Notes under the pieces: model-generated
What the model saw: only the letters and a program-made list of their open reading frames with translations
The model's database searches: none
What the model was told of the DNA's origin: nothing
Part shown: piece by piece, positions 10,801 through 22,184 of the stretch
How the letters are laid out: every line of letters begins with the position of its first letter
Numbering within the stretch: the first letter of the stretch is position 1
Source of the DNA: Octopus sinensis
Lineage: Eukaryota
Assembly: GCF_006345805.1 (NCBI RefSeq)
Contig: NW_021835942.1
Span: forward strand, 1 to 37,999
Reading direction: 5' to 3'
Length of the DNA: 37,999 bases
Translations under genes and position numbers: made by a program

Positions 10801-13233
10801 TAACTTTCTTTATTGGCCACCCGAGGCTGAACATAGAGGGAACAAATACAAATGTAGAGCTTTTCTTTTCGAAAATGAAAAAGAGCATGTAAAACAAAAA
10901 GAGAACAAATATAAAATTCTGATCAAAAGGGATCGGAAAAAAACAATCAAAAGGGATCGTGTATCACAGAACTTTTTAAAAAGTAAGAAGCAAGATTAGG
11001 TTTATCCGTGGAAAGAAAAGCCTACGGAAAAGACCACGGTAGCCTCAGGCAGGGAAGAATTAATACATGAGAGTAAGGTGCTCTCTCTCTGACCGATTTA
11101 CTGGATCATACTCAAAATGGTTTCGCTGCTCGCACGCACCATCTTTGCTACATTCACCCACCTTTTTTGAAACTTTCACGAGACAAAACTTGCCTCTCCA
11201 TTCTCACCTTCCTTTTCAAGTGGTACTTGAAAAAGTTGATGAGCGATTGGCCAGAGAGGTAAGTGTTTGTCTCTAATCCTTTTGCTCGAGTCCACCACAC
11301 ACATTTTTCACCATGGCCAACAGTACGATGAAGACTGCCTTGCCTACCCGGTTGAGGGAAGGTAGCGGAGCAATTGATAGGACAGACTCGGCCGATAGGC
11401 GGATTCCTCCCACACGTAACAGCAGCCGTTCGGCATAAGCCCACACGTCCGAAATGGTTGGACACTGCATGAGTGCATGCAGGACTGTTTCGTCGCTCTG
11501 ACCGCATCTCGGGCAAGTCGGTCCGGTCCGGTGTGTCTCGAACCGTGCCTGTAGAGCTTATCGCGAACAGGTAATGCTTCTCGATAGCACTGCCAGGCCA
11601 GAGATTTTTGGTGATTGTCCATATAGGTCCCAGCCATAAAGTTGTCCTGAACAGGCGGGTCAGGCGTTTCTTGTCGACGCCCAGATTCGGCCCAGGAACG
11701 TCCTCTATAGAACGCCTTTGTTGCAATGAAGCCGCCCACGTTTGGTCCCGGACGGCAGTGTTGCTTGAGAGCAACGCAACACTCGCGGTGCCATTCGCCT
11801 AGCCTCGGTCTCTGTTTGATCCACGACTGTAGTTCGGTCGAGGAGACGAGCTGCAGGAAAGCGCGCCGCACAAACGGCGACCAACCTGCTTACCGTCGTC
11901 TATGAAGCGCCGGAGATGTCGCAGTCTCAGCGCATGTCTACGCATTATCAACTACGGCATGTCTAGCCCTCTATTTAGCGGGTGTTGACAGCAAATGGAT
12001 CGCCTAACCATCGGAACGCTTCCTTTCCACAGGTAGCGGAAGAGTATGAATTCCAGTTTGGTGATGGTAGGGGCGGGTCAAGGCACGACAGTCAGACGGT
12101 CGATGTGTTTGTGGATCGACACTTGACGGTGACGTCGTCCGCGTATGTAGACACGCTCCTGCCGCATCCCAGCTCTCGTGGGATGCCCCTCAGCGTCGCC
12201 AGCTTCTGCAGTAGTGGTTCAAGACTTAATACATAGAGAAGCGACGAGAGGGGGCATCCTTGACGAACAAAACGCATGATGTTAAATGGTCTGGATAGAT
12301 GACCAATTACGCGAATTACCGAGCGGATGCCGCTGTATAAACAGCGATCCAATCGCGGAAGATGGAACCGAAACCAGCCGCTTTAAGGACAGCCTCCAAG
12401 TAATGATGGTCTACCCTATCGAAGGCTTTTGATTGATCCAAATTGATCAGCATCCCAACCATGCAAGGATCCTGTCTATGATGTAACGCATCAGATGGAG
12501 GTTGTCATGGATACTCCTACTCGGTACGGTGCACGTTTGCGCCTTGTCGACTAGCTTCTCGATGACAAGCGCCAACCTCTCGGCTAATACTTTGGCCAAA
12601 ATTTTTTAATCTGCTTTGAGCAGAGTGATGGGCCTGAAGTTATCTATGACGTCCCCCTTGTTTGGATCTTTCTTTAGCAGTGTCACTGCTCCTCGCTTTA
12701 CAAAGACGGGGATACTTCCCTTTGCTGTCAGTTGCAACAGACTGCTGCCATGACGCCTCCAAACAAGTCTGGCATATAACAATAAAGTTCGTAGGGCAGA
12801 CCATCTAAGCCTGGTGACTTGTCTCTCACGCATCTTGCCATCGCATCCTGTACGTCCGCAGCCGTGATGGGTCTTTCACGGCACTCCGTCTCTCTTGCTG
12901 AGAGTCGTGGCAGGCCATGCAGGTAGGCACTAAAGTCGTCTCTGCGTTCTGACCCACCAGTTATCCCGAACAGTCAGGCAAAGTGTTGTTGAAAGGCCTC
13001 ACACATGCTTTCTGGCTCGAGTAATTCGCGCCCCTGTTCATCTGTAAGTAACCTAATGGTTGCTCTGTTGCCTCGTTGCGCCTCCGCCACTCGAGCCTCT
13101 CGGGCAGCTCCAACTCCTTCACCCCTCAGAACACACGTCGTAGCTCTGACAACGCATCCTTCGTGTTTGGCGTTGAGGTGTTGATCGAGGGCCAATTCTA
13201 AGTGCCTCTTCTAAATTCTTAACTAGGTCTCCA
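10801..13233 (-). mobile_element. Tx1-clade (L1 group) non-LTR retrotransposon copy 1, 5'-truncated and decayed
   Basis: ORF2 motifs FRPITLL, QGCPLSSLLYVLSLEP, YADD and the C-terminal zinc knuckle CPRCGQSDETVLHALMQCP; frameshifts, stops and a deletion after YADD; 3' end AATAAAGAAA. Confidence 0.9.
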
Positions 13234-13350
13234 GGTAGATATGTAGATAGATATGTAGGTAGATATGTAGGTAGATATGTAGGTAGATATGTAGGTAGAT
13301 ATGTAGGTAGATATGTAGGTAGATATGTAGGTAGATATGTAGGTAGATAG
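13234..13350. repeat. 12-bp array (GTAGGTAGATAT)n between the two Tx1 copies
   Basis: About 9 units, directly after the 3' end of copy 2. Confidence 0.95.
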
Positions 13351-16000
13351 GTTTCTTTATTGACCACGCTGGGCTGAATATAGAAGGGATAAAATACAAA
13401 GTAGAGCTTTTCTTTATGGGAAGAAGAGAAGGGAAAAAGGAAAAAAGAAAAAAAGGGTCGAATTCCGATCAAAAAGGATCGTGAAAAAAAAGTGGGGCCG
13501 ATCAATAGGGATCGTGTATCACAGAAATGTCAATGTAGAAAGGGAAAACAGATTAGGTTTGTCCGTGGATAGAAAAGCCTACGGAAAAGACCACGGGAAC
13601 CTTGGGCAATAGTGTCAAGTAAAAAGAAAACACATTAAGTGGCTCTCTTTTTTCCTTTCGTTTTTTTTCCATTTGGTTCATAGGAATATGCTCAGGCTGA
13701 CTCCGTTATTCACACGTGCCATCCTTGCTACACTCACTCATCTTTTTTTGAAGCATTCACTAGACAAAACTTGCCCCTCTAGTCTCACCTTCCTCTTCAA
13801 GTGATACTTGAAGAAGTTGATGAGAGATTGACCAGAGAGGAAAGTGTCTATAAATCTTTCAGACGCGTCCGCCATACACATTCTTTCGCCATAGCCACAA
13901 GTACGATGAAAATGGCCCTTCCTTCCCGTTTCAATGAAGGAGACGCGAAAATATATACGATATTGACGGACCGAACATGGAATGTCGAAAGGTCTCGATA
14001 GATGTCCATTTACGCAAATTACGGAACGGATGCCTCTGTACAAAGCAGCTATCTAGCCGCGGAAGACGGGACCGAAACCAGCCGCTATGAGGACAGCCCC
14101 CAAGTATTGATGGTGTACTCTATCTAAAGCTTTGGGTTGATCCAAATTGATCAGGGCCACACCCATGCCAGATTACATAACTACCCTGTCTATGATGTAG
14201 CGCACCGGTTGAGGGTTGTCATGGATGCTCCGGCTAGGCAGGGCGCACGTTTGCACCTTGTCGACCAGTTTCTTGATGACAAACCTCTTGGCCAAAATTT
14301 TCCTGTCTGCATTAAGCAGAGTGATGAGCCTAAAGTTGCCTGTTATGTCCTCCTTGTTTGGATCTTTCCTCAGCTCCTCGGCTCACAATACCGGGGATAC
14401 TTCCGTTTTTCAGCCAGTTGCAGTACACTGCTGCCAAGACGTCTCCAAATAAGTCTGGCAAGTCTGGCATACACCTGTAAAGCTCGTAGTGTAGACCATC
14501 CAAACCCGGCGATTTGTCCCTCAAGCATTCTGCCATCACGTCCTGCACTTCCGCCACCGTGATGGCACCTTTGCACACCTTGCCTCTCTTGGCGAGAGTC
14601 GTGACATGCTGTGTAGATAGGCACTGAAGTCTACCCTGCGTTCTCGCTTGCCACTCGTCCCGAATAATCAGGCAAAATGCTGTTGAAAGGCCTCACACAT
14701 TTTACTTGGCTCGAGTAATTCGCGTAATTGTTACCTTGTTGTGCCTCCGCCACCCGTCCCTCTAGCGCAGCACCAACACCTTCGTTCCTTAGAGCACGCA
14801 TCCTAGCTCTGACAACACACTCTTCGTGTTTGGCGTTGAAGTATTGGTCGAGGGCCAACCTCGCGCCAAAACGTCGGGTACGGTGCCACTTCTAATCGCC
14901 TCTTCTAGCTTCTTAACTATGTCACCCTCTACCCTGTTTCTATCTATGACTATTGCTTTGCTATACTTAATCGCTTCTGCTATTTTTGCTCTCTTAAGGG
15001 TAAACCACCATTTGTTGTTAATGGCTCCCATCAAAGCCTTCTTTACTAGCGTACTAATCCAGTCTCTGAAAGCCTTTCTCGACGGGAAAGACGCGTTTAG
15101 TTTCCAGTACCCGGGACCCTGCCTATGTGTCTTATCTAAGTCTAGCGTACACGTCACAAGTTTGCGATCCATGTAGTTGACCATGTGGAATTGTGGACAC
15201 CCTACGTTATCTTTATCTACTGCCCTGCACAGTATCCTATCTAGATACGATCTCGACAACCCGGTGCGGTTGCTCCACGTCCATGTTGGCGCATTCGGGT
15301 GGTCGAGTCGGTACCTGTCAGACAGTTGAAAGCGTCTGAGCAGGTCTCTGAGGCATTTGCATCCTCGTCTATTCCTATCTTTGCCCACGTAGTCTAGATG
15401 CCTGTCTAAGGTAGCATTCCAATCTCCCGCTAAAAGTAAGGGACGTTCCTAGGAATACTTCTACACATCGAAAGAAATCCAGCCGACCTGTTAAAGGTGG
15501 TGCGTAGACTAATAGAAGTCGAAAAGAGCACCCATTGCTGCTGTCGTCATCCGGGAAGACCAGTCTACCCTCCGGGTCTACGAATATTGTCTTTACTTCG
15601 AGATCCAGACTCTTGCGAAAAAGTACCGCCGTGCCACTACCGCCCATTCTCAGCAGACAGGGAAAAAAATAAATGTTAAACTGTCCACCAAACATGGACT
15701 TTACGGCCCTTGGATAATGGAGTCTGGTCTCACTTATGGCTTTTGTGACTTTATTTCATTTAAGAGTTTCCCTTGTTTGCAAGGGGACCCCAAAGCCACG
15801 CGTGTTCACACAACCAATTTGATCATAATCCTAGTGAGTTAAAACATAAATGAAAGGAGCAACATTGTTGTTGATGATGGCTCCCATCAAAGCCTTCTTT
15901 ACTAGCGTAAAGTTTTTGCTTTCTTCTCCTTCAGTTTGTTGTCGAGGAGATCCCAATAATGTTTTTGCGAAAGGTATTTCTGGCATTTACCAGAAATAGT
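13351..16000 (-). mobile_element. Tx1-clade retrotransposon copy 2 with APE endonuclease, partial RT and a large internal deletion
   Basis: IGCVNTRG near 15810, VYAP, TWTWSN..SYLDRI, GPGYWKLN, KSPGLDGL; jumps from mid-RT to the C-terminus near 13950; 3' UTR homologous to copy 1. Confidence 0.9.
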
Positions 16001-16039
16001 CAGGCAGGTATAGGTAGATAAATATTGGGAGATAGATAT

Positions 16040-16560
16040 AGGGAGATGTAGTTAGGGAAATGTAGCTAGGGAGATGTAGCTAGGGAGGTGTAGCTAGGGA
16101 AGTGTAGCTAGCGAGATGTAGCCAGGGAGGTGTGGCTAGACAGATGCGGCGAGATAGATGCGGCGAGATAGATGCACTAGATAGATATAGCTAGATAGAT
16201 ATAGCTAGATAGATATAGCTAGATAGATATAGCTAGATAGATATAGCTAGATAGATATAGCTAGATAGATATAGCTAGATAGATATAGCTAGATAGATTT
16301 AGCTAGATAGATTTAGCTAGATAGATTTAGCTAGATAGATTTAGCTAGATAGATTTAGCTAGATAGATTTAGCTAGATAGATTTAGCTAGATAGATTTAG
16401 CTAGATAGATTTAGCTAGATAGATTTAGCTAGATAGATGTAGTTAGATAGATGTAGTTAGATAGATGTAGTTAGATAGATGTAGTTAGATAGATGTAGTT
16501 AGATAGATGTAGTTAGATAGATGTAGTTAGATAGATGTAGTTAGATAATAATAATGTTAG
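16040..16560. repeat. 14-bp (GATA)-derived array with stepwise variant blocks
   Basis: Block order AGCTAGGGAGATGT, AGCTAGATAGATAT, AGCTAGATAGATTT, AGTTAGATAGATGT. Confidence 0.95.
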
Positions 16561-16938
16561 ACAGATGTTAGTTAGATAGATGTAGTTACAAATAGTCAGA
16601 CAATATAATTAAATAGATATAGAGAAACATAGATAGATAGGTAGGTGGATAGAGATTGTGAGAGATAGGGAGAGATAGAGATAGGTAGTTAGAGAGAGAA
16701 AGAGAGAGAGAGAGAAAAATGGATAGAGACAGAGAGAGAAATGGATACAGAGAGAAAGAAATGGATAGATGGGTAGATAGAACTCGTGCAAACATTCATC
16801 ACAACTCGTGTTTCATGTTTATCTACTTATATATATTTTGCTCATGTATAAATTCATTGTAAGCTCGTGTCTTTTACGTATATCTTTTATCGACAGAAAT
16901 TCTACATCTACGTGCTATAGACATAAATGCTACACACA

Positions 16939-16974
<36 letters not shown>

Positions 16975-17035
16975 ACGTGCTATAGACTTAATGCAACACA
17001 CACTCATATTATATATATATATATATATATATATC

Positions 17036-17229
17036 CTTTACTTGTTTCAGTGTGCGGACATACTGGAGCACTGCCTGGAAATTTTAGTCGAAGTAATCGA
17101 TCTCAGTACTTTTTCTTTTGTTAAAACCCGATTCTTATTCTATCGGTTACTTTTGCCGAAATATTAAGTTACGAGGACATAAACACACCAACACCGGTTG
17201 TCACGCGGTGGTTGGGGACAAACACAAAA

Positions 17230-17260
<31 letters not shown>

Positions 17261-17274
17261 CAACACACACACAT

Positions 17275-17327
<53 letters not shown>

Positions 17328-17486
17328 TGCACATGAGGGGCTTCTTTCAGTTTCTGACAACCAAATCCACTCACAAGGCTTTGATCGGGTCGTGGCTATA
17401 GTAGAAGACACTTGCCCAAGTTGTCACGCTGAGGAACTGAACCCGGAACCATGTGGTCGGGAAGCATGCTTCTTACAACACAGCGA
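17036..17486 (-). mobile_element. Diverged family-A SINE with expanded internal (CA)/(TA)
   Basis: Reverse-complement match to the family-A head and tail. Confidence 0.85.
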
Positions 17487-17782
17487 CTTCTATAATATTC
17501 CTAATATTTTCTATGAATGGAAGTTTGTTTAAATAAAACGATTATACCTAAAACCAATTACTTTCCAATTAAGTAAAGTTCTCCCGGTATCTGGAGGACA
17601 GGAATCCAGAATTTTTGGTTTTGCGTACAGAATTTCAGAATTAAATGTTTCAGGAAATTGTTATCTTTTGTTTAAAACCAAAACATACGGCTCTACCTAG
17701 ATGCAAAGTGCCCCCTCCTACATGTTGGAACATGCTTATATATATTTTATAAAAGTATGTTTTTTCTTATCTATTCATATAT

Positions 17783-18030
17783 CGGTAAAATTACAGATTA
17801 ACACCCGCACGATTTTCACTAAAAAAAAAAAAAAAAATCAGAGTTCTTTTTTGTGTGAAAATTCCGGGGTGGCGGGGTCGACCCCCCCTCCTCCGGACCA
17901 ATTCCGAACCAAAATATGGGATTTCCAGCATATTAGGAGGTCAGGGTACTTGATTCCACGCAAAAAATCCGAGTTTTTTTGTTTTTTTTCTTAGTGAAAA
18001 TCGTGCGGGTGTTAATCTGTAATTTTACCC
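17783..18030. mobile_element. MITE with long terminal inverted repeats
   Basis: TIR GGTAAAATTACAGATTAACACCCGCACGATTTTCACTAA and its reverse complement at ~17991-18029; ATATAT on both flanks. Confidence 0.85.
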
Positions 18031-18051
18031 ATATATCTTATGTAGATAAAA

Positions 18052-18695
18052 CCTACATGTCCAAGGTGCCACTCTGTAACATTTTATGTAAATGTCTACT
18101 ATAGTCTAGGCCGACTTAAACTCTGTGAGTGGATTTGGCAGATAAAAACTGAAAGGAGCCCGTCGTATGTGTGCGTGTATTCATACGCGCACATACACAC
18201 ACATATCCACACACATATATATATATATGTATGTATGCATTCACACACACACACATGCACATACAGTGTATGTGGTGGTGGGGTCTATGTGCTGTCCACC
18301 TCCGTTTGACAACCGGTATTTACCGGCTGCCGTTTACGTTGTGAGTTCAAATTCCGCCGAGGTCGACTTTGCCTTTCATCCTTTCGGGGTCGATAAATTA
18401 AGTACCAGTTACGCACTGGGGGTCGATACAATCGACTTAATACCTATGTCTGTCCATGTTTGTCCCCTCTATATTTAGCCCCTTGTGGGTAATAAAGAAA
18501 TAGGTATTTACGTACCCGCAACTTGCGGGTCGGCAGAAGAACCGATAGAATAAGTACTATGCTTTCTATTCTTTAAAAAAAAAAGAAAAGAAAAAAAAAA
18601 GAGGCGCTGGACTTGTCTCATTAGATTAAACCTCTTTAAGGTGGGGTGCCCCAAAATGGTTCCAGTGTAATGACAGAAACACGAGAAATATGAAA
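18052..18695 (+). mobile_element. Old family-A SINE interrupted by a young family-C SINE
   Basis: TGTGAGTGGATTTGGCAGA..CCCGTCGTA before the insert and CCGATAGAATAAGTACT after it. Confidence 0.75.
18324..18502 (+). mobile_element. Young family-C SINE (5'-truncated) with Tx1-like tail
   Basis: Central GTCGACTTTGCCTTTCATCCTTTCGGGGTCGATAAATTAAGTACCAG (resembles the Meta/MESC SINE domain, from memory); flanked by GGTATTTAC at 18315-18323 and 18503-18511. Confidence 0.85.
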
Positions 18696-18731
18696 CAAAT
18701 GAGCGTGTGTGTGTGTACTTTTATCTATATT

Positions 18732-19123
18732 GGCAAGCACTCCGTCGGTTACGACGACGAGGGTTCCGGTTGATCCGAATCAACGGAACAGCCTGCTCGT
18801 GAAAGTAACGTGTAAGTGGCTGAACACTCCACAGATACGTGCACCCTAAACGTAGTTCTCGGGGATATTCAGCGTGGCACAGAGAGTGACAAGGCCGGCC
18901 GGCCCCTTGAAATACATGTACAACAGAAACAGGAAGTAAGAGTGAGAGAAAGTTGTGGTGAAAGAGTACAGCAGGGATCACCACCATCCCCTGCTGGAGC
19001 CTCGTGGAGCTTTTAGGTGTTTTCGCTCAATAAACACACACAACGCCCGGTCTGGGAATCGAAACCGCGATCCTATGACCGCGAGTCCACTGCCCTAACC
19101 ACTGGGCCATTGCGCCTCCACAG
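18732..19123 (-). mobile_element. Family-B SINE
   Basis: TSD CTTTTATCTATATT at 18718-18731 and 19124-19137. Confidence 0.92.
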
Positions 19124-19604
19124 CTTTTATCTATATTACAACAGCATGTGTATGTTAGGGCCACTGCCTTTTAACACAAAATGTAAAGAAATCTTTCAAA
19201 TAACTTTATGCTTGCTCGCCAGACGTTGGTTCCCTGCCGGATGACCACCTTGCTATCTTGTGGCACATCTTTGTCGCTCAGTAAGTAATTATTTTCGTGC
19301 AGTTGTGTTCTCCTCCTGATACGTCCTCTATTTTCTATCATCTCCAATTCTCTTATTCATTTGTTTATCTCTCAGTTTTATTTCACGTCGGCACTGAGCT
19401 TTTCCATATTACGTTGGCATGTTGCCACTTCCTTTTTTCATTTCTGTTGTTGGTGGGGTCAAAGTTTCCGATCCGTAAACTACTACGTGTGTTGTTCATT
19501 AATTTAGGGCATTTTTTTTTTTCCTTTTCTTTTGAGATTCAATGGGATGTCTGATATGATAATGCATTCCTGCTTACTTAGAAGAGGAGCAACCAAATAT
19601 TAAT

Positions 19605-19868
19605 TACAAATTTTGGCACGAGGTTAGCATTTCTGGGGGAGGTGTAGGTCTAGTACATTGACCTCTATACTCAACTTGTACTTATTTTGTCGGCCTTGTA
19701 AGAGGAAAAAGCAAACTTGACCCCGGCGGAATTTGAACTCAAACGTAAAGTCGGAAGAAATGTCGCTAAGCGTTTTGTCCGGTACGGTAATGAGTCTGCC
19801 AGCACGCAGTGGAGACTGACCCCGGAACCATGTGGTTGAGAAGCAAGCATCTTACCACACAGCAACAT
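19605..19868 (-). mobile_element. Old family-C SINE joined to a family-A head fragment
   Basis: Family-C body 19605-19805; family-A 5' piece 19803-19868. Confidence 0.7.
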
Positions 19869-19903
19869 CCGTGTCTCTCTCTCTCACTCTCTCTTTCTCT
19901 ATA

Positions 19904-20290
19904 GGCTGTGTGGTAAGTAGCTTGCTTACCAACCACATGGTTCCGGGTTCATTCCCACTGCGTAGCACCTTAGACAAGTGACTTGCCTCAGGCTGACCAA
20001 AGCCTTGTGAGTGGATTTGGTAGACGGAAACTGAAAGAAGCCCGTCGTATATATGTATATATATATATATATATATACAAGTATGTGTGTGTATATGTTT
20101 GTATGTTTGTCCCCCAACATCGCTTGACAACCGATGTTTACGTCCCCGTAACTTAGCGGTTCGGCAAAAGTGACCGATAGAATAAGTACTAGGCTTTCAG
20201 AAAATAAGTCCTGGGTTTGATTTGCTCGACTAAAGTCGGTGCTCCAGCATGGCTGCAGTCAAATGACTGAAATAAGTAAAAGAGTAAAAA
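19904..20290 (+). mobile_element. Family-A SINE
   Basis: Full body match to the copy at 2783. Confidence 0.9.
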
Positions 20291-20844
20291 AAAAAAAGAA
20301 TATATATATATATATATATATATATATCTTAATTCTAAGTTTTCAGTTATATATAGTTTCTATCATCTATTTCGTGTTCTGCCTTAATACCTTAAATAAA
20401 TAAAGGTACATAGGGTAGAATAGATGAGTCCACAATAGAAATTTTGCAAAGTGGAACCAAACCGCTTTCGACGTCACGCGGGGATAACGGTGCGCTTTTA
20501 AAATTGAAGGTGCTTGTGAGGGTTTTATTTTTAATGTTTGAGAGAAGGAAAGGGTCTATCAGTATTCTGTTGTTACGGTGCCAATGCTACTCAGCAAAGC
20601 GAAACAGCTGACCCACCCCTTCTTATATAAACCCTGAATTTAACTATATATATATATTTTTATATATGAACAATGTTTAGAAAAACTTTTGTCTGTCAAA
20701 ACATCTTCGAACATAAAACTACCGGATCCAGCTTACAATTATAAACCGCTCTAACAAACAAAACAGTATGTATACGACGAATAATTCAATAATTAATTAA
20801 TACGGTTCAATTAATTGACTTAAAAAAAAAAAAATTCATATTTT

Positions 20845-21560
20845 ACTTACCTCAGATGTCTGAATACTTTTTTCTATAATTTTCTTTCAACATTTCGTTA
20901 TTGAGAAGCAATCATATAACGGATCAATTTTTCCTTCCAATTCACTCTTTAAGTCCACACTGATGATGAGAATGATGATGATGGTGTTGATAATGATAGC
21001 AAAGATAATGATTAGAGCTGTGGTTTATTTTTGATTTGTTAAAGAAACGCAAACGTATACAGCTACAGAAGAGTCGTTCACATGTTTACCGTTCATTCAC
21101 ACGTTGATTAAATGTCCGAGGAATTTTTGTTGTTGTGCTTTAATGTAAACGCTGTTGTTGATGCACCGACGTCTTCATTGGTTCTTGAAATTGCTGTATT
21201 TTTTCTTCCTTTTTTTTTTCTCTCTGTCTTTTATAACTTCCTTTACTACATCAGATATCACAGCATTTGTTATTACGCTGTTAATATTTCCTTACACCTA
21301 TGTTTATATTATATATATATAAACATATGTGTGTGTGTTAGTTATATAGTTCATTCATACATTGCTATATACATGATATATATCTGTGCGGTGCGTGAAC
21401 GTGCGAGCATGCGTTGAAGCGATTGCTTTTGAAAATGTTTATTCTTTCTCCTTCCACTATTTTCTCTGTTTTGCCGAGAAGACAGACGTAGTAGGGATGG
21501 GATGATACTGTGGTATCCTAGAGCTATGCAGGGAAGGGTGCGAATATTACGGTAAGTTTC
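20845..21560. promoter_or_regulatory. Possible bidirectional promoter with divergent non-coding first exons
   Basis: Minus-strand donor GAG|GTAAGT at 20851/20850 and plus-strand donor ACG|GTAAGT at 21551/21552; CpG-rich patch at ~21385-21415; no SINEs nearby. Confidence 0.3.
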
Positions 21561-22062
21561 CTGTGCCCAAGTGTAGTACACAGGCTAATGTGGCTGCTCT
21601 TTCCATAATCCTCTGATACATTTATGTGTGTGTGTGTGAGTGCGTATAAAACTTCTGGTGTTCGCGGTCACAGCGTTTAACTACATCTAACTTATATATC
21701 TCTATTCTGAATGGTATTCAAATTTTCTCAATGTGTCACCTTCCCATATGAAATTATTGGTTTGAATTAATTGATTTGAAATATCTCGATATCCACTGCG
21801 ATGAGGTAGTCTTCAGCCCAACACGTTTTCGTTTTTTTTTTTTTTGAATTAATTCACGATTAAATTGTAAATCTTGTTTCCGACTTAACTTTTCTTTTCT
21901 GTCCCAAATATTGTAAACTACATTTATCGTTATTATAAACAAGCTGTGTTACTCTTTACATTTTTTTCTCCCACCCGCAATAAAGTGAAAGTTATATTTC
22001 ATAAATATTGTTGAGATGAATTAAAAGAAATAATTTATATTTTAAAATTTCAAATAAATGTT

Positions 22063-22184
22063 GGCGGAGGTAATGAATATGCACACGACTAGTTTTCGGT
22101 GTAAACAAAAGTTCTAACCCTAAACCCTAACGATAATCCTAAAACTAACCCCAACCACCGAGTGTACGTATTCTTGACCTCACC
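22063..22184. mobile_element. Small MITE with CCCTAA-like core
   Basis: Imperfect ~24-bp TIRs (GGCGGAGGTAATGAATATGCACAC / GTGTACGTATTCTTGACCTCACC); 8-bp TSD TAAATGTT/TAAACGTT. Confidence 0.6.

Noticed and set aside
6701-10897. Very long minus-strand ORFs (795, 659, 269 and 232 aa) with repetitive Leu/Ser/Tyr/His sequence
   Set aside because: They are translations of the 22-, 14- and 12-bp satellites; the TC-rich strand lacks stops in several frames at once.
20960-21000. Additional hammerhead cores (CTGATGA here; also ~21810, 26680 and 29786)
   Set aside because: No downstream stem II plus GAAA and no stem I pairing.
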